DNA from: an uncultured Chloroflexia bacterium
GTDB taxonomy: Bacteria; Chloroflexota; Ktedonobacteria; Ktedonobacterales; JADMIN01
Assembly: GCA_963718915.1 (NCBI GenBank)
Contig: CAVRAI010000004.1
Coordinates: forward strand, 960,001 to 992,000
DNA: 32,000 nucleotides
Reading direction: 5' to 3'
Position numbers and translations under genes: made by a program. Each line of letters opens with the position of its first letter. Positions within the stretch are counted from its first letter, which is position 1. Positions 16,713 to 24,666 of this stretch are shown piece after piece. The notes under the pieces were generated by a model. It worked only from the letters and a program-made list of their open reading frames with translations. It searched no databases and was not told where the DNA came from.

Positions 16713-17123
16713 ATGAGCAAGCAGATTATCAATCCTGCGAGTTTGCCTGAGCCGCGTGGCTTCAACCACGGCTTGCTGACGTCTGGAGGCAGGCTGCTCT
16801 TCCTCGCCGGGCAGGATGCCAGCGACGGCGAGGGAACTATTGTGACTCCGGGCGACATGGTTGGTCAGTGCCGCCAGGTGCTTCATAACCTCCATGCCGT
16901 CGTCCATGAGGCAGGTGGTCAGATGGTGGATATCGTCAAGTTGAATGTCTTTGTGACGAGCCGCGACGCCTATGTGGCGCAGCTCAAACCGCTGGGCAGG
17001 CTGTTTCGTGAATATTTCGGCAACTACTATCCTGCGATGGCGCTCTTTGAGGTGGTGGGGCTCTTCCAACCAGAGGCGATGATCGAGATGGAGGGGTTCG
17101 CCGTGCTGGGCGTGGAGGAGTAA
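16713..17123 (+). CDS. RidA/YjgF family reactive-intermediate (enamine/imine) deaminase
   Basis: 136 aa with P.PRGFNHG....G.LLFLAGQ, a ...KLNVFV... segment and a C-terminal IEMEGFAV, which is the YjgF/RidA layout. It starts 6 nt after the crotonase stop. Confidence 0.85.
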   Translation: MSKQIINPASLPEPRGFNHGLLTSGGRLLFLAGQDASDGEGTIVTPGDMVGQCRQVLHNLHAVVHEAGGQMVDIVKLNVFVTSRDAYVAQLKPLGRLFREYFGNYYPAMALFEVVGLFQPEAMIEMEGFAVLGVEE

Positions 17124-17128
17124 GGCTA

Positions 17129-18280
17129 ATGGACTTTGAGCTTTCGCCAGAGCAGCAGCGGCTTCAGTCCCTCGCCCGTGACTTCGCAAATGATGAGGTA
17201 GCCCCTCTGGCGCGCACAGCCGACGAGACAGGCGAGTTCCCTATGCATCTCATCGGTCGCATGGCAACACTTGGTTTCCTCGGTGGCCCGATTGCGAAGG
17301 AAAATGGCGGCTCGGCGATGGACGCCGTGGCGTTCGCGCTGGTCTGCGAAGAGTTGGGGCGCGCCGATTCGTCCGTACGAGGGCTATTGACGGTGCATGC
17401 GAGTCTCGTCTCGGGCTGCCTGGAGCAGTGGGGCACTGCCGAGCAAAAACAGCGTTACCTGCCCAGACTGACCAGTGGCGAATGGATCGGCTGTTACTGC
17501 CTCACCGAGCCAGATGCCGGGTCGGACGCCGCGAACATTCAGACGACTGCCACAGCAGATGGTGAGGGCTATCTGCTCAATGGCGAGAAGATCTGGATCA
17601 CCAACGGTACTATGGCGCGTCTTGGTGTCGTTTTCGCCACACGTGACCGTATCGAGCGCCATAAGGGCATCTGCGCGTTCCTGGTCGAGGCCGACACACA
17701 GGGGCTGCGGCGTGAAGAGATGCCCGGCGTTGAGTTAGGCCATCGCGCCTCCGACCACGCGCACATCACGTTCGAGAACTGCCGTGTCTCGGCCAGCGCC
17801 ATGCTCGGCGAGCCAGGTGAGGGCTTCAAAATTGCCATGTCGGCGCTGGATCGCGGGCGGCTGGGTGTTGCTGCGGGCGCCGTGGGTATCGGCCAGGCCT
17901 GTCTGGATGCCTGCGTCCAGTGGGCGCGTGAGCGGCGACAATTCGGACGTCGCCTCGGCGATTTCCAGATGGTACAGGCGAGCATTGCCAACATGGCGGC
18001 GGATATCGCGGCGGCGCGGCTGCTGGTTTATCACGCAGCATGGCTCGTAGACGCTGGCCGCCTGGCGACGCAGGCGGTTTCTAGCGCCAAGTTGTTCGCC
18101 ACCGAGGCAGCGGCCAGGGCGGCGTCCGAGGCGGTCTTGCTCTATGGCAATCGCGGCTATTCGAGCGAGTATCCCGTTGAGCGCTATTATCGTGACATCA
18201 AAGGTTTGCAGATTTACGAGGGGGCAAGCAACATCCAGCGCATCATCCTCGCGCGAGAATTGATCGGGCGCGAGCAGTAG
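17129..18280 (+). CDS. acyl-CoA dehydrogenase
   Basis: 383 aa with CLTEPDAGSDA, GEKIWITNG, RRQFGRRLGDFQ and IYEGASNIQRIILAREL (catalytic Glu region). Confidence 0.92.
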   Translation: MDFELSPEQQRLQSLARDFANDEVAPLARTADETGEFPMHLIGRMATLGFLGGPIAKENGGSAMDAVAFALVCEELGRADSSVRGLLTVHASLVSGCLEQWGTAEQKQRYLPRLTSGEWIGCYCLTEPDAGSDAANIQTTATADGEGYLLNGEKIWITNGTMARLGVVFATRDRIERHKGICAFLVEADTQGLRREEMPGVELGHRASDHAHITFENCRVSASAMLGEPGEGFKIAMSALDRGRLGVAAGAVGIGQACLDACVQWARERRQFGRRLGDFQMVQASIANMAADIAAARLLVYHAAWLVDAGRLATQAVSSAKLFATEAAARAASEAVLLYGNRGYSSEYPVERYYRDIKGLQIYEGASNIQRIILARELIGREQ

Positions 18281-18328
18281 TGGGCCGGAGGCGATGGCGC
18301 ATCCAGCTCGAGAGCGGAGGGTTCGCAG

Positions 18329-19666
18329 ATGGTGTATTCCGAATACTGGAATCCGAAGAATGAGATGCTGCCACGCGAGCAGCTTCAGGCACTCCAACTG
18401 GCGAAGCTGCAACGTATGACGCAATGGGCATACGCCCGTAGCCCGTTTCACAGGGTGCGATTCGACGTCGCTGGCTTCCATCCCGACCAACTCAAGACGC
18501 TGGATGATCTGCGGCGTATCCCCTTCATGACGCGCCAGGAGTGGATGGCGACGCAGGCGGAGCAGCCGTTGTTTGGCGCGCTGCCGACGACCAGTCAGGA
18601 TAACGCCATTCGCTACCACCTGACCTCCGGCACCAGTGGGAGTGTTCCCATCCGCGTGCTGGATGGCATGAAGGACTGGGAGTGGATCGCCGAGATGTGG
18701 AGCTACGGCTTCTGGGGGTTTGGTGTTCGCCCGGAAGATGTCGTCTATTTCGCCTTTGGCTATGGTTCCTTCATCGGCTTCTGGGGCGCGCATTACTGCT
18801 GCGAGAAGATTGGCTCCCTTGTGATTCCTGGCGGCGCGCAGACCACCGAGGCGCGCGTCAAGCAAATTGTCGAGATGGGCGTCACCACCGTCTGCTCCAC
18901 TCCGACCTACGCGCTTCGCCTCTGGCAGCAGGCGCAGGAGATGGGCATTGACCTGACCCAGAGTGCTGTGAACAAGGTTATCCTCTCTGGAGAGCCATCT
19001 GGCTCTATTCCAGCGGTCAAGCGGCAGCTCGAAGAAGCCTGGGGGGCGAAGTGTGGCGATACCGCAGGCATGACGGAGCTGGGTACGATCATGATCTTCG
19101 AGTGCTCGCACCAGCCCGGCGGGACCCACATTATTGAAGACCACTTCATCGAGGAGGTCGTCCATCCCGAGACAGGCGAGCCTGTGCCATATGGGGAGTT
19201 AGGCGAGCGCGTTGTGACCTCTTTTGGGCGCGGCTTCATTCCCGTGCTGCGCTATCGCACCAAAGACATGGTGCTGAAGGTACCATACTCCACTTGTGAC
19301 TGTGGCCGCACTGGTGATATCTATCAAGGCGGCATCCGCGGTCGCTGGGACGACATGAAGCTCATCCGTGGCACCAACGTCTATCCACGCGCGGTCGAGG
19401 CGCTCATTCGCGAGCACGACGCCATCGACGAGTTCCAGCTCTACATCTGGCGTAACGATATCCGCGATGAGATATCGATTAAAGTCGAGATGAAGCCGGG
19501 GCGTGAGGATGAATGGCCGGTGCTGAGTGAGGAGCTAGCGAACGAGCTTGCCGCCGCTCATGAAGGGTTGCGTTTCATCATTGAGTTGATGCAGCCGGGC
19601 ACACTACCGCGCTTCGAACTCAAGGCGAAACGGCTGAAGGATGACCGGCCCGTCGCTGTCTACTAG
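18329..19666 (+). CDS. phenylacetate-CoA ligase (PaaK)-family aryl/arylacetyl-CoA ligase
   Basis: The N-terminus E.LPREQLQALQLAKLQRM and PFMTRQEW are PaaK-like. YHLTSGTSG is the AMP-binding P-loop, followed by GDTAGMTE and a C-terminal ...IRGTNVYP... segment. An SD GGAGGG sits 7 nt upstream of the start. Confidence 0.88.
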   Translation: MVYSEYWNPKNEMLPREQLQALQLAKLQRMTQWAYARSPFHRVRFDVAGFHPDQLKTLDDLRRIPFMTRQEWMATQAEQPLFGALPTTSQDNAIRYHLTSGTSGSVPIRVLDGMKDWEWIAEMWSYGFWGFGVRPEDVVYFAFGYGSFIGFWGAHYCCEKIGSLVIPGGAQTTEARVKQIVEMGVTTVCSTPTYALRLWQQAQEMGIDLTQSAVNKVILSGEPSGSIPAVKRQLEEAWGAKCGDTAGMTELGTIMIFECSHQPGGTHIIEDHFIEEVVHPETGEPVPYGELGERVVTSFGRGFIPVLRYRTKDMVLKVPYSTCDCGRTGDIYQGGIRGRWDDMKLIRGTNVYPRAVEALIREHDAIDEFQLYIWRNDIRDEISIKVEMKPGREDEWPVLSEELANELAAAHEGLRFIIELMQPGTLPRFELKAKRLKDDRPVAVY

Positions 19667-19723
19667 CCGTATCTCGCGGGCATATCGAATGGTTGATGAA
19701 GATGATTATGAGGAGTGACTGCA

Positions 19724-19930
19724 ATGGCCGAGACCGATATCCTGGGAACAGCACAGACGCCAATGGAGCAGGAGACGCTACGAGCGTACGACCTGCTCAA
19801 GCAGCTTGCCGCGCGCGATGACCTGCCGCCGTGCGCCGCACGAAACGTGCGTAAGGCGCTTGCCTGTCTCTGGCAGGTGACGAATGACCTCGACCTCCAG
19901 TTCGAGCAGTTGTACGAACTCGGCGTCTAA
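19724..19930 (+). CDS. 68-aa hypothetical helical protein immediately upstream of the amidase
   Basis: ATG 19724 lies 8 nt after GAGGAG (19710-19715); the ORF track opens at GTG 19715. The stop is 17 nt before the amidase ATG. I recognise no motif. Confidence 0.45.
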   Translation: MAETDILGTAQTPMEQETLRAYDLLKQLAARDDLPPCAARNVRKALACLWQVTNDLDLQFEQLYELGV

Positions 19931-19947
19931 CGAGCGAGGATAGTGTG

Positions 19948-21477
19948 ATGAGCGAGTGGCAGGCGCCGCACGGCGATCTGGAGGAACAGACCATCGCCGA
20001 TCTCCAGGCGGCGATGGAATCTGGGCAGCGTACGTCCCGGCAACTGGTGGAGGCGTATGTAGAGCGGATTCAGGCGCTTGATGTGAGCGGCCCGACACTG
20101 CGCGCGGTGATCGAACTGAACCCCGATGCGCTGGCAATCGCCGAAGCGCTCGACCGCGAGCGCTCTGAGCGTGGCGCGCGTGGACCACTCCACGGCATCC
20201 CAATCCTGCTCAAAGACAACATCGACACCGCCGACAGGATGGAGACGACCGCTGGCTCCCTGGCGCTGGTCGGGGTAAAGCGCGCGCAAGATGCCTTCGT
20301 AGCCGCTCGGCTGCGAGCAGCAGGCGCGGTATTGCTCGGCAAGGCGAATATGAGCGAGTGGGCCAACTTCCGTTCAACCCATTCCTCCAGTGGCTGGAGC
20401 GCGCGTGGCGGTCAGGCGCTCAATCCCTACGCGCTTGACCGGACGCCCTGCGGCTCAAGCTCTGGCTCGGCGGCTGCCGTCGCAGCCAACCTCTGCGCCG
20501 CGTCCGTGGGCACCGAGACCGATGGCTCGATTCTCTGCCCGGCCTCGATCAACGGTGTGGTAGGTATCAAGCCGACTGTTGGACTGACCAGCCGCGCGGG
20601 CGTTATTCCTATCTCGCACAGTCAGGATACGGTTGGCCCGTTCGGGCGCACCGTCGCCGACGCGGCAATCCTGCTGGGCGCGCTGGCGGGCGAGGATGCG
20701 CGCGACCCAGCCACCTTGGCGCGTGCCGGGCAGATACCTGCGGACTATCGGCAATATCTCAACGCAGACGCCCTGCGTGGCGCGCGCATTGGTATCCCGC
20801 GCGAGGTTCATACTGGCTTCAGCGAGAAAACGGACGCTATCTTTGCCACCGTCGTTGAGACGCTGCAATCGCTTGGTGCGGTGCTGGTCGATCCAGCGAA
20901 TCTGCCGTCGTCGAAGGAGATGCGCACGTCAGAGGCTGAGCTGACCGTGCTGCTCTACGAGTTCAAGGCTGACCTGAACGCCTATCTCGCGATTCTTGGA
21001 CACGAGACACAGGCGCATACCCTTGAAGCGCTGATTGCCTTCAACCAAGAGCATGCCCCGCAGGAGATGCCCTATTTTGGGCAGGAGCTATTTGAGATGG
21101 CGCAGGCGAAAGGCCCGCTCACCGACGAGGAGTATCTTGCAGCGCGTGCCGAATGCTTGCGGCTGGCGCGTGATGAGGGAATAGATGCCGTCATGCGCGA
21201 GCATAATCTTGATGCGCTCTGTATGCCAACAGGAGAGCCAGCCTGGAAAATCGACCTGATCGATGGCGATCATAGCATGGGTGGCGCAAGCCAACCTGCC
21301 GCGCTGGCTGGATATCCGGCGATTAGCATTCCCGCTGGATACACATTCGGTCTACCGCTCGGTGTCACCTTCATGGGCCAGGCGTTCAGCGAGCGTAAGC
21401 TTATCGGCTTCGTCTATGCCTTCGAGCAGGCGACGAAGCTACGACGCGCGCCGACCTATCCAGCGCACGTGCCGTAG
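19948..21477 (+). CDS. amidase-signature (AS) family amidase
   Basis: GIPILLKDNIDT (catalytic Lys), CGSSSGSAAAVAA and GTETDGSILCPAS (Ser-cisSer region). No signal peptide is apparent. Confidence 0.9.
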   Translation: MSEWQAPHGDLEEQTIADLQAAMESGQRTSRQLVEAYVERIQALDVSGPTLRAVIELNPDALAIAEALDRERSERGARGPLHGIPILLKDNIDTADRMETTAGSLALVGVKRAQDAFVAARLRAAGAVLLGKANMSEWANFRSTHSSSGWSARGGQALNPYALDRTPCGSSSGSAAAVAANLCAASVGTETDGSILCPASINGVVGIKPTVGLTSRAGVIPISHSQDTVGPFGRTVADAAILLGALAGEDARDPATLARAGQIPADYRQYLNADALRGARIGIPREVHTGFSEKTDAIFATVVETLQSLGAVLVDPANLPSSKEMRTSEAELTVLLYEFKADLNAYLAILGHETQAHTLEALIAFNQEHAPQEMPYFGQELFEMAQAKGPLTDEEYLAARAECLRLARDEGIDAVMREHNLDALCMPTGEPAWKIDLIDGDHSMGGASQPAALAGYPAISIPAGYTFGLPLGVTFMGQAFSERKLIGFVYAFEQATKLRRAPTYPAHVP

Positions 21478-21528
21478 CTCATCGCGTTAATGTGGGTCCC
21501 CAACAATGCCCATAGCTGAGCAGTACTC

Positions 21529-21557
21529 TTGACCAGGGGCGCTTTTCTTGTCATACT
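21529..21557 (+). promoter_or_regulatory. candidate sigma70-type promoter TTGACC-17-CATACT upstream of phaJ
   Basis: -35 is ttgacc at 21529-21534, the spacer is 17 nt, and -10 is catact at 21552-21557. The element lies 50 nt upstream of ATG 21607, in the first real gap after the long operon. Confidence 0.4.
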
Positions 21558-21606
21558 GTGACACACATGTGGGTGGTAGCCCGGTTGCTGCGGATACGGT
21601 GGGACA

Positions 21607-22092
21607 ATGACTGTTCGCCGCGACCACCCAATTGCTACCAACTGCCATTGGCGCCAGAACTGGAGTTACCCGTTGACTGACCTTATCCGTGAATTGCGTC
21701 CACTACCAGCCCTTGGAGACCGCGCTGAGCGCACCCGCACCTTTACTGAAGCCGATGTTGTCGAATACGCCGAGTTGAGCGGCGACCTCAATCCCATTCA
21801 CCTGGACGACGACTACGCCGCCAAATCACGCTTCGGGCGGCGTATCGTCCATGGCTTCCTCACTGCGGGCATGATTTCCGCACTGCTAGGCACCGAACTG
21901 CCGGGCATCGGCTCTATCTACGCCTCACAGACATTCAGGTTTCTGGCGCCCGTCTATATTGGTGACACCATCACCGCCAGCGTCGAGGTGATCGAGATTC
22001 GCGAGGAAAAGCGGCTCGTCACATTGCGCACCGATTGTGTCAACGCAGACGGCGTTCTTGTGCTGACAGGCGAAGCCGTCATTAAGTGCTGA
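21607..22092 (+). CDS. phaJ: MaoC-like (R)-specific enoyl-CoA hydratase
   Basis: The hot-dog hydratase motif YAELSGDLNPIHLDDDYA...IVHGFL is present, in a PHA-locus context. The true start may lie downstream of 21607. Confidence 0.82.
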   Translation: MTVRRDHPIATNCHWRQNWSYPLTDLIRELRPLPALGDRAERTRTFTEADVVEYAELSGDLNPIHLDDDYAAKSRFGRRIVHGFLTAGMISALLGTELPGIGSIYASQTFRFLAPVYIGDTITASVEVIEIREEKRLVTLRTDCVNADGVLVLTGEAVIKC

Positions 22093-22149
22093 GCGCTTGC
22101 CACACCTGAGATATACCCACAACTACGTAAGATTGCCTGCCGTAGCCGC

Positions 22150-22179
22150 TTGCAACCTGCGCCTGCCGCGTCGCATACT
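22150..22179 (+). promoter_or_regulatory. candidate promoter TTGCAA-18-CATACT upstream of phaB, overlapping a GCATAC-N12-GTATGC inverted repeat
   Basis: -35 is at 22150-22155 and -10 at 22174-22179. The inverted-repeat arms are 22173-22178 and 22191-22196. Confidence 0.35.
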
Positions 22180-22253
22180 GCACCTGTCTCGTATGCACTC
22201 TCATCGTGGCACATGAGCCGCGATGAAATCTCCTGATGAGAGGGAGGCACGGC

Positions 22254-23000
22254 GTGGCAACTCTTGAGGGAGCGGTTGTACTGGTCACGGGCGCGGGCCG
22301 TGGCATCGGACGAGCCATCGCTGAGGAACTTGGTGCTGGTGGCGCGCTCGTCGTAGTCAATTATGGCAGCAGTCGTGGCCCGGCAGAAGAGGTAGTGAGC
22401 ACGATCACCGAGGGGGGATCGAAGGCCATTGCCGTTCAAGCGGATGTCTCCGATCCCGAGCAGGCAGCGCGACTCATCGAGCAGACGGTGGCCCAGTTCG
22501 GACGTATTGATGCCCTTGTCAACAATGCTGGCATCACCATTGATCGCTCGATGAAGAATCTCTCGGTTGAAGACTGGAATCGGGTGATCCAGAACAACCT
22601 CAACAGCTGTTTCTACACCGTCAAAGCTGCTCTTCCCCACCTTATAGAGCAGCAGAGCGGCACAATCGTTAATATCAGCTCATTCGTCGGCCATATGGGC
22701 AACTTTGGCCAGGCCAATTATAGCGCTGCCAAGGCCGGCATCATCGGCTTCACCAAGACGGCGGCCATTGAAATGGCAAGGTATCACGTGACGGTCAACT
22801 GCGTCTGCCCGGGCTTCACCGAGACCGACATGTACACAGTTGTGCCCGAGAAGGTGAAAGAGCAGATTGTCAAGCGCATTCCGCTGGGGCGTGTCGGCAC
22901 ATCGCGGGAAATCGCGCGCGCCGTCCGCTATCTCATCGTGGATGGCGACTATATCACCGGCCAGACGCTCAACGTCAACGGCGGCATTTTCATGATGTGA
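22254..23000 (+). CDS. phaB: NADPH-dependent acetoacetyl-CoA reductase / 3-oxoacyl reductase (FabG/PhaB type SDR)
   Basis: VTGAGRGIGRAIA, NNAGIT, a YSAAKAG catalytic tetrad region, and a C-terminal GQTLNVNGG. GTG 22254 lies 6 nt after GGGAGG (22242-22247); the ORF opens at ATG 22236. Confidence 0.9.
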   Translation: MATLEGAVVLVTGAGRGIGRAIAEELGAGGALVVVNYGSSRGPAEEVVSTITEGGSKAIAVQADVSDPEQAARLIEQTVAQFGRIDALVNNAGITIDRSMKNLSVEDWNRVIQNNLNSCFYTVKAALPHLIEQQSGTIVNISSFVGHMGNFGQANYSAAKAGIIGFTKTAAIEMARYHVTVNCVCPGFTETDMYTVVPEKVKEQIVKRIPLGRVGTSREIARAVRYLIVDGDYITGQTLNVNGGIFMM

Positions 23001-23027
23001 GCCGACTCAGCACGGCACAGACAGAGA

Positions 23028-23060
23028 CAGACCGGAGCGAATCGCCCCGGTCTGCGTGTT
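23028..23060. terminator. bidirectional intrinsic terminator between convergent phaB and phasin genes
   Basis: An 8-bp stem pairs cagaccgg (23028-23035) with ccggtctg (23047-23054). Inner gcg/cgc pairs extend the stem, and a T-containing tract cgtgtttcg follows. Confidence 0.5.
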
Positions 23061-23081
23061 TCGACGAATGCTATCGCCAGT

Positions 23082-23417
23082 CTAGCGGGCCTTTTGAGCC
23101 GCCTGGCGTGTCACATCGATTCCCTTCTGATAGAAGGCAATTGGCGCGGCAAGCAGATCAAGATAGGCGTTGATCGATTCCTGGGCGACCTTCTGGAATG
23201 CCGTTCGCTGCTTCTCGGACTGATCGGCCATTGTCTGGAATAGCCCGCGTGCGGTCTCTTCCTGGGCGCGGAGTTGTGTGACGCCATTCTCGAAGGCCGT
23301 TTGCGCGAACTGAATGTTGCGCTCCTGTGCCGCTACGATGCCGCTGGCGACCGCTTGGTACGCCTGGCGGGTCGTCTCGGTCCACTCTAGCGCAGCCTGA
23401 TTGATGCCCTTTTCCAT
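23082..23417 (-). CDS. phaP: putative phasin (PHA granule-associated protein)
   Basis: 111-aa, entirely helical-looking, Ala/Gln-rich protein. It starts 39 nt downstream of the PadR/PhaQ-like gene on the same strand, mirroring the Bacillus phaQ-phaP arrangement. The assignment rests mainly on context. Confidence 0.5.
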   Translation of the reverse strand: MEKGINQAALEWTETTRQAYQAVASGIVAAQERNIQFAQTAFENGVTQLRAQEETARGLFQTMADQSEKQRTAFQKVAQESINAYLDLLAAPIAFYQKGIDVTRQAAQKAR

Positions 23418-23456
23418 GTGATGTCATCCCTTTCGGCGGTGAATCCGCCACTGGTC

Positions 23457-23873
23457 TTATCGCGAGTTGTTTCTATCTTCAGGCTGACCTGTATACAGCC
23501 GAAAGAACGTATTCATCATCGTGCGGTAGTGTTCGATGCCGCTGGCCCAGAGCTTCAAATACGCCTCGCCAGCTTCGGTGATCGAATACATCCGCCGCGC
23601 TGGACCCTGCCCGCTGGTATCCCAGGTGGAGTTGACCATGCCATCTTTCTCCAACTGGCGCAGCACCCGGTAGAGCGATCCGGGATTCATCGCGGCGAAG
23701 CCAAACCCTGCCATGCGCTCCATCAGGTCGTAACCGTACGAACTCCACTCGCGCAGGAGTAGCAGGATAACCGCGGTCATCCAGTTACGTGGGGTTGCGC
23801 CTGCCTTCGCCTCCGTCCCGGAGGTATCGGTATCATGTTCGGTTTGCTGGGATTTGGATTTCCTGGTGCTCAT
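23457..23873 (-). CDS. phaQ: PadR-family transcriptional regulator (PhaQ-like PHB-responsive repressor candidate)
   Basis: The PadR winged-helix core is VILLLLREWSSYGYDLMERM...NPGSLYRVLRQLEKDGMVNSTW...RRMYSITEAGEAYL. ATG 23873 lies downstream of a consensus promoter; the ORF track extends to 23969. Confidence 0.85.
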   Translation of the reverse strand: MSTRKSKSQQTEHDTDTSGTEAKAGATPRNWMTAVILLLLREWSSYGYDLMERMAGFGFAAMNPGSLYRVLRQLEKDGMVNSTWDTSGQGPARRMYSITEAGEAYLKLWASGIEHYRTMMNTFFRLYTGQPEDRNNSR

Positions 23874-23893
23874 GTTTTTACGGCCCTTATACG

Positions 23894-23936
23894 GTGCATC
23901 TATGTGCATTATACATATAGATGCACTGCGTGTCAA
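23894..23936 (-). promoter_or_regulatory. perfect consensus promoter TTGACA-17-TATAAT (minus strand) interlocked with a 10-bp perfect inverted repeat and an ATGT-N7-ACAT box
   Basis: On the minus strand, -35 is ttgaca (rc of 23931-23936), the spacer is 17 nt, and -10 is tataat (rc of 23908-23913). The inverted-repeat arms are gtgcatctat (23894-23903) and atagatgcac (23917-23926). The central atgtgcattatacat contains ATGT-N7-ACAT around the -10. Confidence 0.6.
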
Positions 23937-24095
23937 GGGGGAAGAGCTAGTGGTCCAGGGCGAACGCAAACCGCGATGATCTCGGCAGCCGCTAAGGCCA
24001 GCATGTGACTATTTGCCGCACGATGCCGCCTGAAGTAGTGATATGTTTGCGCGCGTCGATGCTGTCTGCTATGGCGCTGCACGCATCCAGTGTAT

Positions 24096-24113
24096 ATACT
24101 GCCATGGCAGTAT
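24096..24113. promoter_or_regulatory. 18-bp perfect palindrome ATACTGCCATGGCAGTAT upstream of phaR-phaC (candidate operator)
   Basis: The sequence at 24096-24113 reads identically on both strands. It overlaps a TATACT -10-like hexamer (24095-24100) and lies 38 nt upstream of ATG 24151. Confidence 0.35.
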
Positions 24114-24150
24114 CTCTTTGTAGACTGCCCAAGGCCACGGAGGTCTTACG

Positions 24151-24657
24151 ATGAGTCAGCCCAATGATATTCCTAATCCTTTCGACCCATTTAGTTTCTG
24201 GCGAACCACGCAGAGTGCTTCGCTGGAGGCATGGTCGAAGGCGATGATTGAACTTGTCAATAGCGAGGCGTACGCTGAGGCCACCGGTCGCATACTGGAT
24301 AGCTATCTCGCCGCATCGGTTCCGATGCGCAGGGCTGTTGAGCACGCGATGACGCAGGTTCTGGGGCAGGTTAATATGCCAACGCGCGCCGAGGTGCTCA
24401 GTCTCGCCGAGCGTATGACCAACATCGAGATGCGACTGGACGATCTTGATGCTCGCTTCGATGAGATGCAGCGTATGTTGACACAGATTGTCACAAATAC
24501 CGCGCACGATCGAGTGACGCCTGTGGCCGCTGCAACGAAGAGTTCGCCAAAATCGGCGGGCGCATCAACTCCTGCTACGAACAGCAGCCGTCCGCGTCGC
24601 TCGCGCGCTGCCAGCGCCTCAGGTCGTTCCGCAACTGCCACGCGCAGCAAGGAGTAA
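24151..24657 (+). CDS. phaR: PHA synthase small subunit (PhaR of class IV / PhaE-like)
   Basis: 168 aa with FDPFSFWRT...W.K, then QVNMPTRAEVLSLAERMTNIEMRLDDLD. As I recall it, this pattern matches Bacillus PhaR / the PhaE C-terminal region. The stop is 9 nt before phaC, whose AAGGAG SD overlaps it. Confidence 0.7.
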   Translation: MSQPNDIPNPFDPFSFWRTTQSASLEAWSKAMIELVNSEAYAEATGRILDSYLAASVPMRRAVEHAMTQVLGQVNMPTRAEVLSLAERMTNIEMRLDDLDARFDEMQRMLTQIVTNTAHDRVTPVAAATKSSPKSAGASTPATNSSRPRRSRAASASGRSATATRSKE

Positions 24658-24666
24658 TCGTATCCT

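Noticed and set aside
17735-19165. 476-aa minus-strand ORF, the second-longest minus-strand ORF in the track
   Set aside because: It is antisense to two well-supported plus-strand genes (acyl-CoA dehydrogenase and PaaK-type ligase) and spans their intergenic gap. It is Arg/Leu/Ala-rich with no recognisable motif, a typical high-GC antisense open frame.
21954-22640. 228-aa minus-strand ORF bridging phaJ and phaB
   Set aside because: It is antisense to two genes with clear catalytic motifs and runs through their promoter-containing gap.
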